Part shown: one piece after another, positions 12,260 through 24,352 of the stretch
Layout: each line of letters begins with the position of its first letter
How positions within the stretch are numbered: position 1 is the stretch's first letter
Source: Sphyrna mokarran
Taxonomy: Eukaryota
Direction of reading: 5' to 3'
Assembly (NCBI GenBank): GCA_024679065.1
Contig: JAGIQG010000002.1
Location: 102,796,001 to 102,860,000, forward strand
Length of the DNA: 64,000 nucleotides
The notes under the pieces: generated by a model
What the model saw: the letters and a program-made list of their open reading frames with translations, nothing else
Told to the model about the DNA's origin: nothing
Databases searched by the model: none
Translations under genes and position numbers: made by a program

Positions 12260-12740
12260 GAGTAAGATGCGCCTAAATACAGCTGAAAGTTGTGTCAAGC
12301 ATCAGTGGGTGTGGCTGCTGAACTCTGTGACTTGCTGTTCCCAGCTGGGCTGTGCCATTGTAGGGAGATTCACCCAATGCACTTGTGAAACTGGATAAAT
12401 GGATTAGAGGGATCAGAGATACCGCCAGCCTCTTAAAAAGGAAAGCAGCAGCTTACAAAAAGGATGACATTTGTGTACCAGGGCAGAGGGTGTGTGAATG
12501 CTCTCCCTCTGCCACACAGACAAGTGATAAACTTTTAATAGCAGCCACATCAAACTGTCTAATTTTCCACCCTAATGAAAGATTTTTTATTGTGGAATTA
12601 TTTCAATCTTTGGAGTCATCAGCAATAAAATGTGATAAATTAAATGGACCTATGAAGTTTGCATTATTGTATTATTTGTTAGACATAGCCAGCAGTGTGC
12701 TTTGGAATGTTAAGACTGTCTATTTTTAAGTGGCTGCTTT
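12260..12740. promoter_or_regulatory. Candidate conserved non-coding enhancer downstream of irx1
   Basis: Non-repeat, non-coding, with clustered motifs: TGATAAAT (12633), GCAATAAAA, TAAATGG x2, ACATCAAA, CATTGT. Irx clusters are known to be rich in CNEs. Conservation not tested. Confidence 0.45.
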
Positions 12741-14029
12741 AATACCACAAGTAAAAGTATTCCAGTTTAAAATAACACAACACTCAATTTCACAATATAA
12801 ATGGATGGATGCTAAAACTGAAATTAAGCGCATTTGTAGAAAAATACACCATACACCCAGGATGCTATATTCAGTATTCAATTACATATCATCATAAATA
12901 TATGGAGCAAAATTACCCATATGTAATTATTAGTTTGTTTTATTGGACTGTAAAAATATGGGTTGTATCAAACATATAGCATTAACATTTTAGTACAATA
13001 CATATGCATAGAGCATTGAAGATCTTCAAGCAAAAAAACACTGCACAAATGAACAATATATAATATAATGCTTTCTCAAGAAAGTAATGTTCAATTTTAA
13101 GTCTCCATTATAATTACAGCATTGCTGAGTTTGTCTAATTTTTCTTGCACTTAACATCCATTTACATACCATTGGCCAATTTTATACTGATTTTTTAACT
13201 GTTCTAATTATTTTTACTACTTTGCAGTTCTTAACTTCAGACTAATCAGTGACTTATGTAGGTGACCTATAATATACCTTCCATTATTATGTCAACAATG
13301 AAATTATGGTATTTTAGTTCTTAGCAATTTATTGACTTTAGATATGTATGTATAAAGCGTAAGTTAATTTTTTTAAATTAGTTTTATTCATAGTCTTGTT
13401 GTACCATTGTCCCACAGTATTGGGTCACCAGGAAATGTTTACATTCTTCTCCTAAGATATGGTAATGGAACCCTTTTTCCATAAATATTATTTTCACCTA
13501 TTTCATGTTTGGTTGTTTAAGGCTGCATTTTATGTGTTTTCTTGTTTATAAGTATGGGCATATGAATGATTATAATTCCTTAAAATAAAAGTTACTGCCA
13601 CTTGTAACTAAAATCAATAAGTGTTTGTTATGTTTAAACACATTGGCTATTTTCTACCCACCATTTCTTTGGTGCGAGTAAACTTCAGGCCCTAGGGATA
13701 TTCTGTCACAGACCAAGATGTTTGCTGCCGCTGTGAGCTATGAAAACAGTGAATGCCTGTATCTCATGGAGCAACTCTTTCTCCCTCATTCTTACAGCTG
13801 GGAAGTATAATTTTCCACTTTCTAGCACAACACTTATATCAATATCAAAACACAGGTCTTTAAAACATACATCTTTCTCCTGTATGGCCCTGTGCTCTCT
13901 TACTTCCTCTCAAGGATTAGTTCCTCTATACCTATGCAAAGTGTTTATTTCAATTTGACAGTATAAACTAATATTCTGAGTTTTCCAACACTGGGCCAAA
14001 GCCACTTTTGTGGAGGGGAAAAAAAATCC

Positions 14030-14900
14030 TCAAAGCTCTTAGTGGCATCATTTGGTTTCTGAAGGTAATATCATTTATGCATAAAACAGGTACTCTAGTT
14101 CTAATTATTGTTAAGATTAATAATTTAAAACATTAGACAGCCAGCCTCCCTGAGGCAGCCAGCAGTTATTGTGCATGTTTATTATCTTTGGTTCCACTAT
14201 TTTGGAAAATGCTATTGATATCCATTCATTAGCCATTTATTATGATTATTAATAATGATGTGTTTATATGTGTTTTTTGTACCGTCGTGGAATGACTAAT
14301 ATAGTGTTCCATTAAGGGTTGTTATCTAATGTTTGCCATTCGCCATATCCTGGTGGGACGCAATAAAATATCGCTGCAAGGAATAGAATAATGAGGGATT
14401 CAACCGTGATTATTGCTCATTAGACACTTCACTGTACATTTATTACTAAATGAATAATTATATCCATATAAAACCATAGTGTTATAGCTCACGGCCAGAA
14501 TAATTCACTAATCTCAAGCTGGCTTGTAACAATGCAAATAAATGCGACACCAGGAGGTTATTTTATACGTCACTGTCGAGCAAAACGTTTCGTGTGTGTA
14601 AAAGATGAAAAAAAGAAGCAAATGCTATTTGTTGAAGTGAATGTGTTTCAGTGAGAGATTCTTAATGGCTCTGGGTGTAATATTGAACTAATCGGCCCGT
14701 TTTATTAATAATCATTCATCAGTTGTTTAAGTAAGAGTCTGTTTGACATTTCAGTGTTGGGCATGACTGCAGGGACTTCTCCAGAGTCATTTACAAGGAC
14801 GATTGGAACTTTATAGCGTATGATTCATAGAGTCTTATAGTACACAGGAGCCGTGGTGCATGTTACATTAATCAGTGTCAGGGTAGTAAAACACAGAAAT
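14030..14900. promoter_or_regulatory. Candidate conserved non-coding enhancer
   Basis: Repeat-free, dense in TAAT/TTAT homeodomain cores, with GCAATAAAA and an octamer ATGCAAAT overlapping ACAAT (~14529-14539). Conservation not tested. Confidence 0.4.
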
Positions 14901-17900
14901 GAATATGAATTCACCACTTTCTAAAGGAGATAAATGTGTGTGTGAATAATTGATTAATGCTTAAAAAGAGGGTAAAACAAGAAGCAAAACACCACGCTAC
15001 CCACCCATCCCCCCGCCAAAGAAACTTGCAGAAGCTTCGTACCGAATCGGCCGCGCTTTGGGGAGACACTTGCCTCTGTTCATAAACTGCTGCTTCCCCT
15101 GTTTCCACATCCCGAAAATAAACTTCAACAATCATTTCGCTCTATTTGTAAGTGAAGGTGGGCAAAGGAAGGAACTAACTTGTAAATAGGATGGTGCAAA
15201 TGCAATGAGCTTTAACAATAGTTTCATACGTATTTGGTGATTCTGAATAGCTACATTGCTACATTGTCCTTATTAGAGTCACAACCAGTAATTTGCTTCC
15301 AATGCCCACAGATAGGAGAGTTACCGAACGCATCAACACGCAGCAATTTCGCTGCAATCTGTTCACTGGTTGGAACAAGTCACATTCCTCCGCACTACTC
15401 AGAGCAACATTTTAGCGCATTATGTCCCTAGAATTTGCACGACGGTAGAAATGCAGCGAACAATAAATGACCGCGAAGCGAACTGTGTATTCATGCAACA
15501 TCATCATCGCATGGTAGTTGCCTTACCTCGAGTTTGTTCCCAAAAACAGCTGCCCCGCGACTTGTCTGCAACATAGAAGATTGTGAGAAAAGAAATGATT
15601 GGTTTCGGAAACTCGTCCGATTCTGTTCCCACACTTCTGAGGACGGCAAACGCCAGGAGCAGCTTTGTGATGTCGACAAGTGCCGTTAGAATTAAAATTG
15701 TAGGATTAAACACGATTCTTGGGGGGAGGGAAGCATTCTTGTTGAATGTCTTTTTTTTTAACTTAACCCCGAATTATTGACTTCCGAGGTGTCTCTTTCG
15801 CTAACACACAAGGGGCTTCTTCAACTCTATTTCTCCCTTTTCCCTAACTCTCTAAAAAAATCTTTCAAATCACTTGCACGCTTTTTAACTTACAGATTTA
15901 TTTATATTGAAACAACAGATGTTTAAATTGAAAAATAAACAATGAACAATCGACCCTTTATTGTTGAGTTTGACCGAAAATTTTAGGTCTTGTTTCGAGC
16001 CAACATTATTCCAAGGCTAGCGATCAATTTTCCACACCAGTTACTTCAAAAGTAGCTTCGAGTGACATGAAAGGGGGTTCCTTTGCTTCGTAAACTTTTA
16101 CTGCAGTTTTATTCAGTAATTTCAAGCTAAATGCCGTTATAAAACTGCCAAATGATGTTCAAAATTACTGAGTGAGACAGAACCCCAATGTTTACAAAAT
16201 CTGCAGTACCACAAGCTTTCCTCAACTAAGTATTTAACTGCAAAATGTTTATTTAAAAAAAAACCTGTGGATCGTTCTTTCAGAGGGACAGCTGGGTCTG
16301 AGCCGGATTTCACTATTGTCGCAAAGCAGCTTGTAAACTTTTACAGAATTACTCATCGCATCGATTATCTTTTGATGTGTTTTCCAAAAAAAATGCTCTG
16401 CAGTCGCTTTAATACGTTCAGCCGTGATGTGTGCGAATTGAAGAAACAGCCCAGGAACATACAATGTCGTTTTAAAATCTGCAAATTATCGATCTAGCTA
16501 ACATCTGTCTGTCTTCTGTCATCAGCCTATCTTCTTTTCCACATGACAAATCAGATGGATAGTGGATGTCCGGAGTGGGGGGAGAGGGTGGGGGAGGGGG
16601 TGGTCGTGGGATGAGTGGCGCGAGTAGCAGGCAAGCTCCAACTCTTGGTCAGTTTCTGCTCCGGCCTGGCCGAATGATACAACAGGGAGAGTTGGGAAGT
16701 GTCAGATGTTAGAGGGAAAACGCAAGGACGGGGCGGGAAAGGATCTATTTTGCACAACATGCTCATATTTGCGAAGAGTGGCGAATAGCCTTATTTGACT
16801 TCGATGGGGTGGAAGAATTTTAAGTTCTCCATCAAACAGTTCTGCTGTAACATCGAGACATTGTACGGATGATGAATAAATTCACAGAGTAGTTTTGGAG
16901 GCGGGGAGGGGGGGGACATCAAATGCAACTTCTTTCCGTTTACTTAAAGCGAATGAAATTCTAAAACTCGTCAAAGTTTATCTTCTGACCTCGGCGAAAT
17001 CGACACGATCCTTCCAGGGCCTGCTTTTTTTTAAAAGGGGAAAGGAGAGTGTTTTGAGTTTTGTTTTAGACCCTCCTTCCACACTTGCCAGTTTCCGTCC
17101 CTGGGATTATTGTAATCAACTAGAAAAGAAAACTACAGCAGCAGAACAACAATAACAAAAAAACCCAAAGGGTGGATTCTACATCGCTCTCAAATGAACA
17201 TTTCTGACCGTAGAGCATTTTGTCAGGATTCATTCTTCGTTATCCTGATTGTTTTTATAAGATAAATAGCGTAGGTTTAGGCACTCTCAAACCTATATAA
17301 AACAAACGGCAGTCGATAAATGGTGAGCAAAGGGGCTGAGGAGTTATTCTAATCAAATAAATCTGAAAGTGCCGAATACAAATTCCTAGCAGATTAAGTG
17401 TAAGAAATCCCCTCTCAAAGAGCATGACTGGATTAAAAGATTCCCAGTGAGTTGGGGCAAGTTTGCAGCACAGCAGCGATGTGGCAGAGTGCGCTGTAAA
17501 GAGGCTGTAATGTTACTATAGGTGGCAGTCTGTGATTGAGTTCTCTATGTCTCTCCCGGGGAATGTGTTTTTCGGTAAAAAAAAATCAGTCCTCGACAGT
17601 GTGTAAAACTGTGCGATTGCCTCTGGCTGCGTTTCTCTGACGACGCGTTTTTTTCTCTCTTTCTCCTCTTGACAATGAGTGTGAGATGAGGCTACAAGTG
17701 CTCCAGCTTTCCCCTGAAATCAGTTCGCAAAAGTAGCTGAAGTCGGAAAAGTGTGGAGTGAGCGACTGGGAGTTCCTTCCGCGGTCAGCACTTTAAAGAC
17801 TAAACCTCGTCTTTCATAGCTTGTGTGCGCAGAAGATAGTGCTTCGCCCCATGTAATTTGTGGTGTAAAAATAGACACGTCACATGGATAGAGAAAAATA

Positions 17901-17924
17901 AAATATTGCAGAGACTGCAAGTCT

Positions 17925-18050
17925 GAAATAAACACAGCATATGCCAGAAACACCCAGTAGTCACGCAGCATCTGTGGAGAAAGGGTTAACCAGAGGGCTA
18001 TAAAGTTATGAAAGCTCATAGACCTGAAAGATTAATCATATGCCTTTGAA
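17925..18050. mobile_element. Short decayed Penelope-like fragment
   Basis: ...gcagcatctgtggagaaagggttaac...catagacctgaaagattaa. Same family as 27750 and 55215. Confidence 0.5.
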
Positions 18051-19665
18051 TATATTTAACATTTCCTTTACTCCACATTAGTAACTGCGAGAATCTCTGT
18101 AACTAGATGTCTAAATACTCTATAGACTTATGTATGCCTGCGAGCCTCCTCTACAATTAACATTTTGGATAGAAACGGAGTCTCTATCACGTGTGTAAAT
18201 AGCTGGAGTATATCACTGCGAGTCTCCTCGGTGACTGGTGAGTCAGATCGACAGTGAAGCATTGTGTATGTGTGTGCTGGCTGCCTTCCGCCCCCCGCTC
18301 CTTCCACTTCGGCTGGTATCCATAGAGGGAGCTGTAGTCCCACAGATTCCCCATGATCCACTCTCAGCTGCTTCAACACAACACTCTGCACATGCACTCA
18401 GCACGCCACGTCAAAATTAGCAACGTCCTCTCCCAAAGAGATGGGTTTCTGTTAGTGTGAAGTGAAACTCTATCTAACTGAGCCAACCTTGTGACAACGT
18501 GGAGTTTGAGAAAATTGCCGACTGCTCAAGCTACTCAAGACTGTTTATATATAAAAAAATACGAATTGCACTCCGGCAAAATGTTCACGTTCACACAATA
18601 TCGTTAGTAATATTGCTGTTAAAAAATGTAAAGATAGTTAAAGCCTGATAACAGAATACCATACATATTTTAGGTTACTATTGTGAACGTACTTTGGACT
18701 TTTAACATTTCATTTCTTTAATTGCCGACATATGCAACACATTTCACTTTGATTCCATCTTTTTTGAAGCTCGGACAAAATAATTTAAATACATTTAGAT
18801 ACATTTAGAATTTTGTAAAAATGACCCAGCTATTACTCTGAAGTCAACGCACGCCATCATTTTTTTAATTAAATAATCTGTCACACCACCGACAAAGACA
18901 TTTTCGTTAAATATCATCATTTAAAAATGCGCCGTATATAAAGACATCTGAATCAAAGATAATATTTCTTTTTGCATAACCTTGTACAAATAACGTACGT
19001 GCCTAAATATCATTGATAATGTAACTTTAGCTCTGGAGAGGAAGGGCTGTTTTATGTGCTTGTCAGAGAGCGTTATTCCCAATGAAGCGAAATCAGCCAA
19101 GCAATCGATACACGGTGCTCTGATTCTTGTTAATATTTTATTTCGCAGTCGCTATTATTTCCGATCCGTGATGAGCTTGTCTCTTCTTTTCTCCCCCACC
19201 TCCCTGTTTGGACACAGTCTTCCCATATTATTTTTTAATTGCTTTAGCAGCTGTTTGCTTCATGGAGCTCCCTCTTTTCCACCAGGAGCAGCCATCTGTC
19301 GAGTTAGCAGCACCTTAAAGGTCACTGATTGGTTTCATCGGGGACCAGGAGAATAAACACTGGGGCATTTACTTTGCTGAGATCCCAGCCTGGGGTTTGG
19401 AACTACTTTCTGCCTCTTGCTCGCACCCTCCCTTTTTAAAAAAAAATCACCAGCGTTACATTGTTAAATAAAATAATTCTGACCGCAGCAATAGAACTGC
19501 GAATACAAAATACGTTCAGGCTGTTTTTTTTTAATGTACCCCCTTCCCCATTCCTAAATACAACTGACATCCTTTTAAAAACTCTGTAAAAGGTGACGCT
19601 TTGAAAATCAATACAAGGTCACGTAAGGTTACGTGGAGATGGAAGTTTGCTCTAATTTCTTTCAG

Positions 19666-19671
19666 TTTATT
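19666..19671 (-). terminator. Candidate irx1 polyadenylation signal AATAAA
   Basis: tttatt on the + strand, about 300 nt after the stop codon, at the end of an AU-rich stretch. Confidence 0.55.
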
Positions 19672-19974
19672 AGACAAAAATATATGATTTTGACAAGTTC
19701 TGCTCACGCGCTTATTTACAATTATAATCACTCTATATACATAAAAAAAACACGGAACGTGGGAAAAAATAATTACCAAACCAATAATGATCGCGTCAGG
19801 GCAAAATCAATTAGAATAACACGTGCTGATATGTTACAATGTCAAATAAATCATTACATATTTGTCAAGTTTTTGGAGGGTTTTTTTGTATTGCCCGACA
19901 CGGGCGGCAAGAAAAATGAAGCTTTTTTTAAAAAAAATGTCTTCTTTCTTCACTTTTTTTTCAGTAAAACTTCC

Positions 19975-20029
19975 TCAGACGGACGAGATGGTTGTTAAAA
20001 CTCGTGTTCCTTCCTGCTGAGGCCGTGAG
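19975..20029 (-). CDS. irx1: irx1 coding exon 4 with TGA stop
   Basis: Acceptor tgttcttacag|C. Reads (S)SRPQQEGTRVLTTISSV*, resembling the IRX1 C-terminus (..PQEGTPRILAALPSA). Joined CDS is 231+988+70+55 = 1344 nt, or 447 aa plus stop. Confidence 0.9.
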
Positions 20030-20299
20030 CTGTAAGAACAAAAGCGCATACACAATCAAGTGGTCAGTCATATACAAGATCGTGTGTACATTTTGTCTCT
20101 AAGGAAGACGTAAATAAAAAAAAACTCTAGACGCAATAAATATGTTCTGTTACAACCGAAATCATACACATTGATAGATAACCCCAAAACATTTCTTTTT
20201 CAAAACAACTAATTCAGTCTTGTAAACGTTATGAAACAGTGCTGTGCATTATTGTGAGGTGGCCGCTTCGTTGTTGTTGTGTGAAGCATTAAAACTCAC

Positions 20300-20369
20300 C
20301 TTTCATTTACGGGTTGAAATGATATTTTTAGCTGCTGTGATGGAGTTTCGCCCGGAATACATTCTCTTT
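20300..20369 (-). CDS. irx1: irx1 coding exon 3 (70 nt, absent from ORF track)
   Basis: Acceptor ttattttccag|AA and donor AG|GTGAGT. Reads (E)RECIPGETPSQQLKISFQPVNE, aligning with the mammalian IRX1 segment ERDLVPRPDSPAQQLKSPFQPV. Phase 1 in, phase 2 out. Confidence 0.92.
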
Positions 20370-20586
20370 CTGGAAAATAAAATAAACATTCCAGATCAGT
20401 CTCCAGGCAAAAAAAACACGGTTTGAGTTTTGGAGCTAAAATGTAAGTTTAGAGAGAAGGAAAACAGAGACGTTTGTACTTTGATGTTCAGGTACTTTGC
20501 TAGAAACCGTCAGATCTGGCAGACCAGTGCTGAATATATAACATTAAAAATGTAAAGCTCACTGGAGGGTTGTGTGTGTAAAATAC

Positions 20587-21574
20587 CTGTGTGTTTTGGG
20601 CTGGGGATGTCTGTTGATTTTTCATTGCTCACTGCTCCCAGGGCTGCTGTTAGCACAGAAGGCTGTTGCTGCTGAGGATGTTGTGGATGATGATGATGGT
20701 GATGATGATTTACACCCAGAAACGACCTGACATTTAGCAAAGAGTTCTGGCCCAGGAAAGCGCCGTTTGTCCAGTTGTGAAACTTGCTGATCTGGCAAGT
20801 ATAGAGTCCGTGATTTGAGAGGAAAGCTGGGTGTTGGATGGTCGACGGCGTGTGACCGGTCGGAGAGGGTTTCTGGGCATTGTCCGGACTGGTCGCAGTC
20901 TCTGCTAAAGACCAGATTTTGGGTTTGCTATGATTTGGGATTAGCAAATTCCCCTGCACGAGAGATATCCCTCTGGTGCCATTGCTTTCAGTAACATTTC
21001 CACCCACTCTGTCTGTCTCCTTGGATTTACTATCACCTTCAGATCCCTGCAATGTCCGATCGCGCTCTCTCTCCATGTCCGCTTTCTCCCCTTCATTCCC
21101 GAGGTGCAGCTTTTCCTCCTCTTCTCCATTACTTTGCTCCTCGTCGTTTTCGTCGATTTTATCGATGTCGATGCTTTCCAGGTCAATCTCCTCATCCTCC
21201 TCTTTTTTCTCGCTCTCCCCTTCTGTGTCGCTGCCGTAGAGAGTACCGTCATCTCCTTTACTCCGCGCACCCCAGGTCATTTTATTCTCTTTCTTGAGTC
21301 TCCTCCTGGCGTTGGCGAACCAGGTAGAGACCTGGGTCAGGGTCATCTTGGTGATGATGGCCAGCATGATCTTCTCTCCTTTGGTGGGGTAGGGGTTCTT
21401 CCTGTGCTCATTCAGCCAGGCTTTGAGGGTACTTGTACTCTCCCGAGTTGCGTTTTTGGGTCTAGCCGGGTCACCGTACTGAAACTGTCCATAGGGATAA
21501 TAAGCAGGGGCCGCATGTGCTGCAAAGGTGGCCGGGTGAACCCCAGGATTATCCTTCAGTTCATACTGCGATCC
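20587..21574 (-). CDS. irx1: irx1 coding exon 2 (homeodomain, acidic region, IRO box)
   Basis: Acceptor tttctgttgcag|GGA. Translates [20 protein letters not shown]...TALE homeodomain...[14 protein letters not shown]...[15 protein letters not shown]...[16 protein letters not shown]. Donor ACA G|GTATTT, phase 1. [21 protein letters not shown] and HGLYTC fit Irx1 better than Irx3. Confidence 0.97.
20888..20926 (-). other. irx1: IRO box
   Basis: [13 protein letters not shown], the Iroquois-family signature motif. Confidence 0.95.
21283..21465 (-). other. irx1: TALE-class homeodomain (Iroquois type)
   Basis: [61 protein letters not shown], with the PYP loop and the WFANARRR helix 3 (Ala50) diagnostic of Irx. 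Boundaries approximate. Confidence 0.97.
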
Positions 21575-24121
21575 CTGCAACAGAAACACACAAAGGGTGG
21601 GCAGGAGGAGGGATGGGGGAAGAGGAGAAATGTTAAAATCAGGCCAGGTTCTTATGTTATCTAAAGCCCGGCCATTTGCAGTCAAAGTTTATCACAAGAA
21701 TAGGAAACACACAAGCAATTCAAAGTTAGGGAACGCCAATATCTCCTCAAACCTCAATCTGGACTACACATGAATTACTGTTCATTTTTGAAGCCAACAC
21801 ATTTTTCAACAGAGAAGTTAATTAAGATTTTCGTAAGACAAACAAAAGGGAAAATCTGGTTGCAACAACGATAATTAAATCAAACCAGTACCTTTAAATA
21901 GAACCTAAACACAAACTCACGTTTAGTCCAAAACGGCTGCACACATCATTTGCAGTGAATTATATGTGGCATAGCTGTTTGTGACCAAAGTTCGAAATTA
22001 TAAATGGATATCTTAGAATTATTAGAAAACTTATATCCTATAGTTAAGCTTGACATTATCAATTCAAATTATGAAATCAACTGAATTGTAATGTTATACA
22101 CCTTTAAACTCTAATTGAAACTGAAGGGATAGGAATCAACCCAAGTTCTTGTACTATCTCTTTTGAAGCTGTTTATTCAGACCTTCGCAACAGCAATCAC
22201 TTAATTTTCATAATACTCTATTTTCAAATCTACAGTTTAAAATAGTGCAATCCATTTATTTTCAATATTCAATCATTGGCTTGAAAAAAAATTATATGGG
22301 GGGACAGGAAAATTTCCGCACGATTACGTTTCAGCAGCTACGAATAAAACAATACATGTGTTTTAGAGGTAATAAGGAATTAGGATCTTTCAGATGTCTG
22401 TGTTGTGTGTCATTGGATGATCCTGAGTCTATTTTTGCGCTTGAAAAAATATTTTGTCTTGAATTAAAAAGTTGGAAACATTACATCATTCAATTCCCGC
22501 GGAGATGGCCGCACTGTAAACAATGCAAAAGAAAGCGGTCTCTTTATGGATCTATATTATTCTGATGTGCAATGCGTTCAGAAATGCAATCTGTAGCCAT
22601 CTCAGGAAACAATCCCTTTATTTCAAGTTTCTACTGATTTTAACTTGGAAATCTTTATATGCATTCTTCCCTTTTGTCCTTAATAACAGCGTGTAGTTTC
22701 TGTCTTACGCAGGCCAATTTTATATCCAAATTAGGTATTCTTTGAGTGGCCGTTGAAACGTTCATATTATGTGGCTATAGTGTCATAAGATGTGCACCAA
22801 AGCATTTGATTAAACACAATTATAGATAATCGCAATTGTTTTTAGGGAAACAACATGAATTTAAATTAAACGGTAATGCATGTTATCTGTTCCAAGGGGA
22901 GACCGAACTGGATTATCATCAAGCCAACAGGAAATCTTCATAACAAACTACAGGATCAGTGGCCACCATTCAATATTTTGTAGATAATTGTATGGGTTGA
23001 TCTCAGAAATCGCCTTGCATCTCTTCAGTCTCGATGCGAGATTGCTGTACTTGTACCCTGAAAATCTATGCAAAATCCTTATTCCTAGAGGCAGGAGATT
23101 ACCATTCAGATCTTCAAATTTGCCTAATTATTGGATTGGTTTAAAGAGGGGTGAAATCAAACTGTAAGAGAGCTATTGTCTTAAAGCGAATAATGACTAC
23201 TGTTTAAAGCTCTGAAAATCAGATTTGAGCCGAGTTTGCAACGATCCTTGATACATTTTCAAGGCTATAAGAATCAACATAGATTCGGTTAATTGCACCT
23301 TTAAAACTTTTTGTCGCGTTTTGTCGGTGCTGCTTGATATCGCTTACTGGAGTAAGCAAAATAAATAGAATGATACGTTTCAGTCGCATCGTATTCAGCA
23401 GAAAATGGAGTGAGATGCGTTGATTTTATGAATGGCGTGGATATGACAGGTTAAAACAAAGCTCCGTGTCGAATTGCGGATTGCATTAACTGCAGGCTAA
23501 AGCGAAACTCACGCAACTTCGGCCTACTTTGTCTGAAATGATACTAAAACTGCAGACACTGACTTGATCGTCATGTATATTAAAGAGGTGGCCACGTTTA
23601 ATCAGCAAACACAACGATAATACTTTCTAACTTGTCCCTGCGCGCTCTTAACCACGATAACCAGGAATATGGCCGGACCAAAGAGAATGTCAAACTTTTC
23701 CAAGCTGTTTTCTAATTCTCTCGGCCACGAGACTAATATTTTAGTTCGCACTGTAATCCGGCACAATGGTGCTTCAACTTTTAACACCTTGTTTATGACA
23801 CCAGATTTAATTTAAAAGAAAGGAAGGCATGATGATCGCTGTTTACTGATATTACATTCAGCAATGGGGAAAAAAACACAAGCGCCCAGAAAGCGTCTCG
23901 ATGTTTTATAAACTCGGTGGTATTACTACAGACTGCTTTGGTTATAAATGAGAAATACAACTGTGTCTCACCTCATGTCTGTTAGGATCTGCCCGATACA
24001 GAGATTTGACGAAACTTTACTGCTGCTACAGAATTGGAATGTTTCTTTTTTTTAATATTTATTTCAACGTTTCGGTAAGAATGATCCGTACAAAGTGTGG
24101 CAAAAGGCTGCTCGCACTTAC

Positions 24122-24352
24122 CATTTGGGAGAACATGGTGAGATCGGTGGTGTAGGGGAGGAAAGCGCTGTAGTTCTGGGCTGTGTAAGGGTTTGCGTAC
24201 ATTCCCAACACCGAGGTTACAGCAGCAGCGGCGGGGTTAGCCCCAAGCTCGGCTCCTCCCCGGGAAGAAGCCAGCACTCCCTGCCGATCGGCAGCATACA
24301 CAGCCTGGCTCGCACTTAAGTACTGAGGGTACCCTAGCTGAGGGAAGGCCAT
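24122..24352 (-). CDS. irx1: Iroquois homeobox protein 1, coding exon 1 (77 codons)
   Basis: ATG in good Kozak context (gggagATGg). Translates [19 protein letters not shown]...[36 protein letters not shown], matching the IRX1 N-terminus ([32 protein letters not shown]). Ends at donor ATG|GTAAGT, phase 0. Confidence 0.95.

Noticed and set aside
17512-17530. CTCF-like motifs (ctataggtggcag here; tggccaccagggac at ~46604)
   Set aside because: Each matches only half of the consensus, which is too weak without PWM scoring or ChIP.
20941-21664. Overlapping alternative-frame and antisense ORFs (109, 87, 81, 186 aa)
   Set aside because: These are shadows of the irx1 exon 2 codon structure with no recognisable domain.
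20510-21685. 391-aa single-exon ORF as the full protein
   Set aside because: It starts at a non-ATG codon in intron 1 and runs 25 codons into intron 2. Canonical splice sites and IRX1 homology define the real exon as 20587-21574.
19975-24352. Assignment as irx3 or another paralogue
   Set aside because: Diagnostic segments ([47 protein letters not shown]) follow IRX1.
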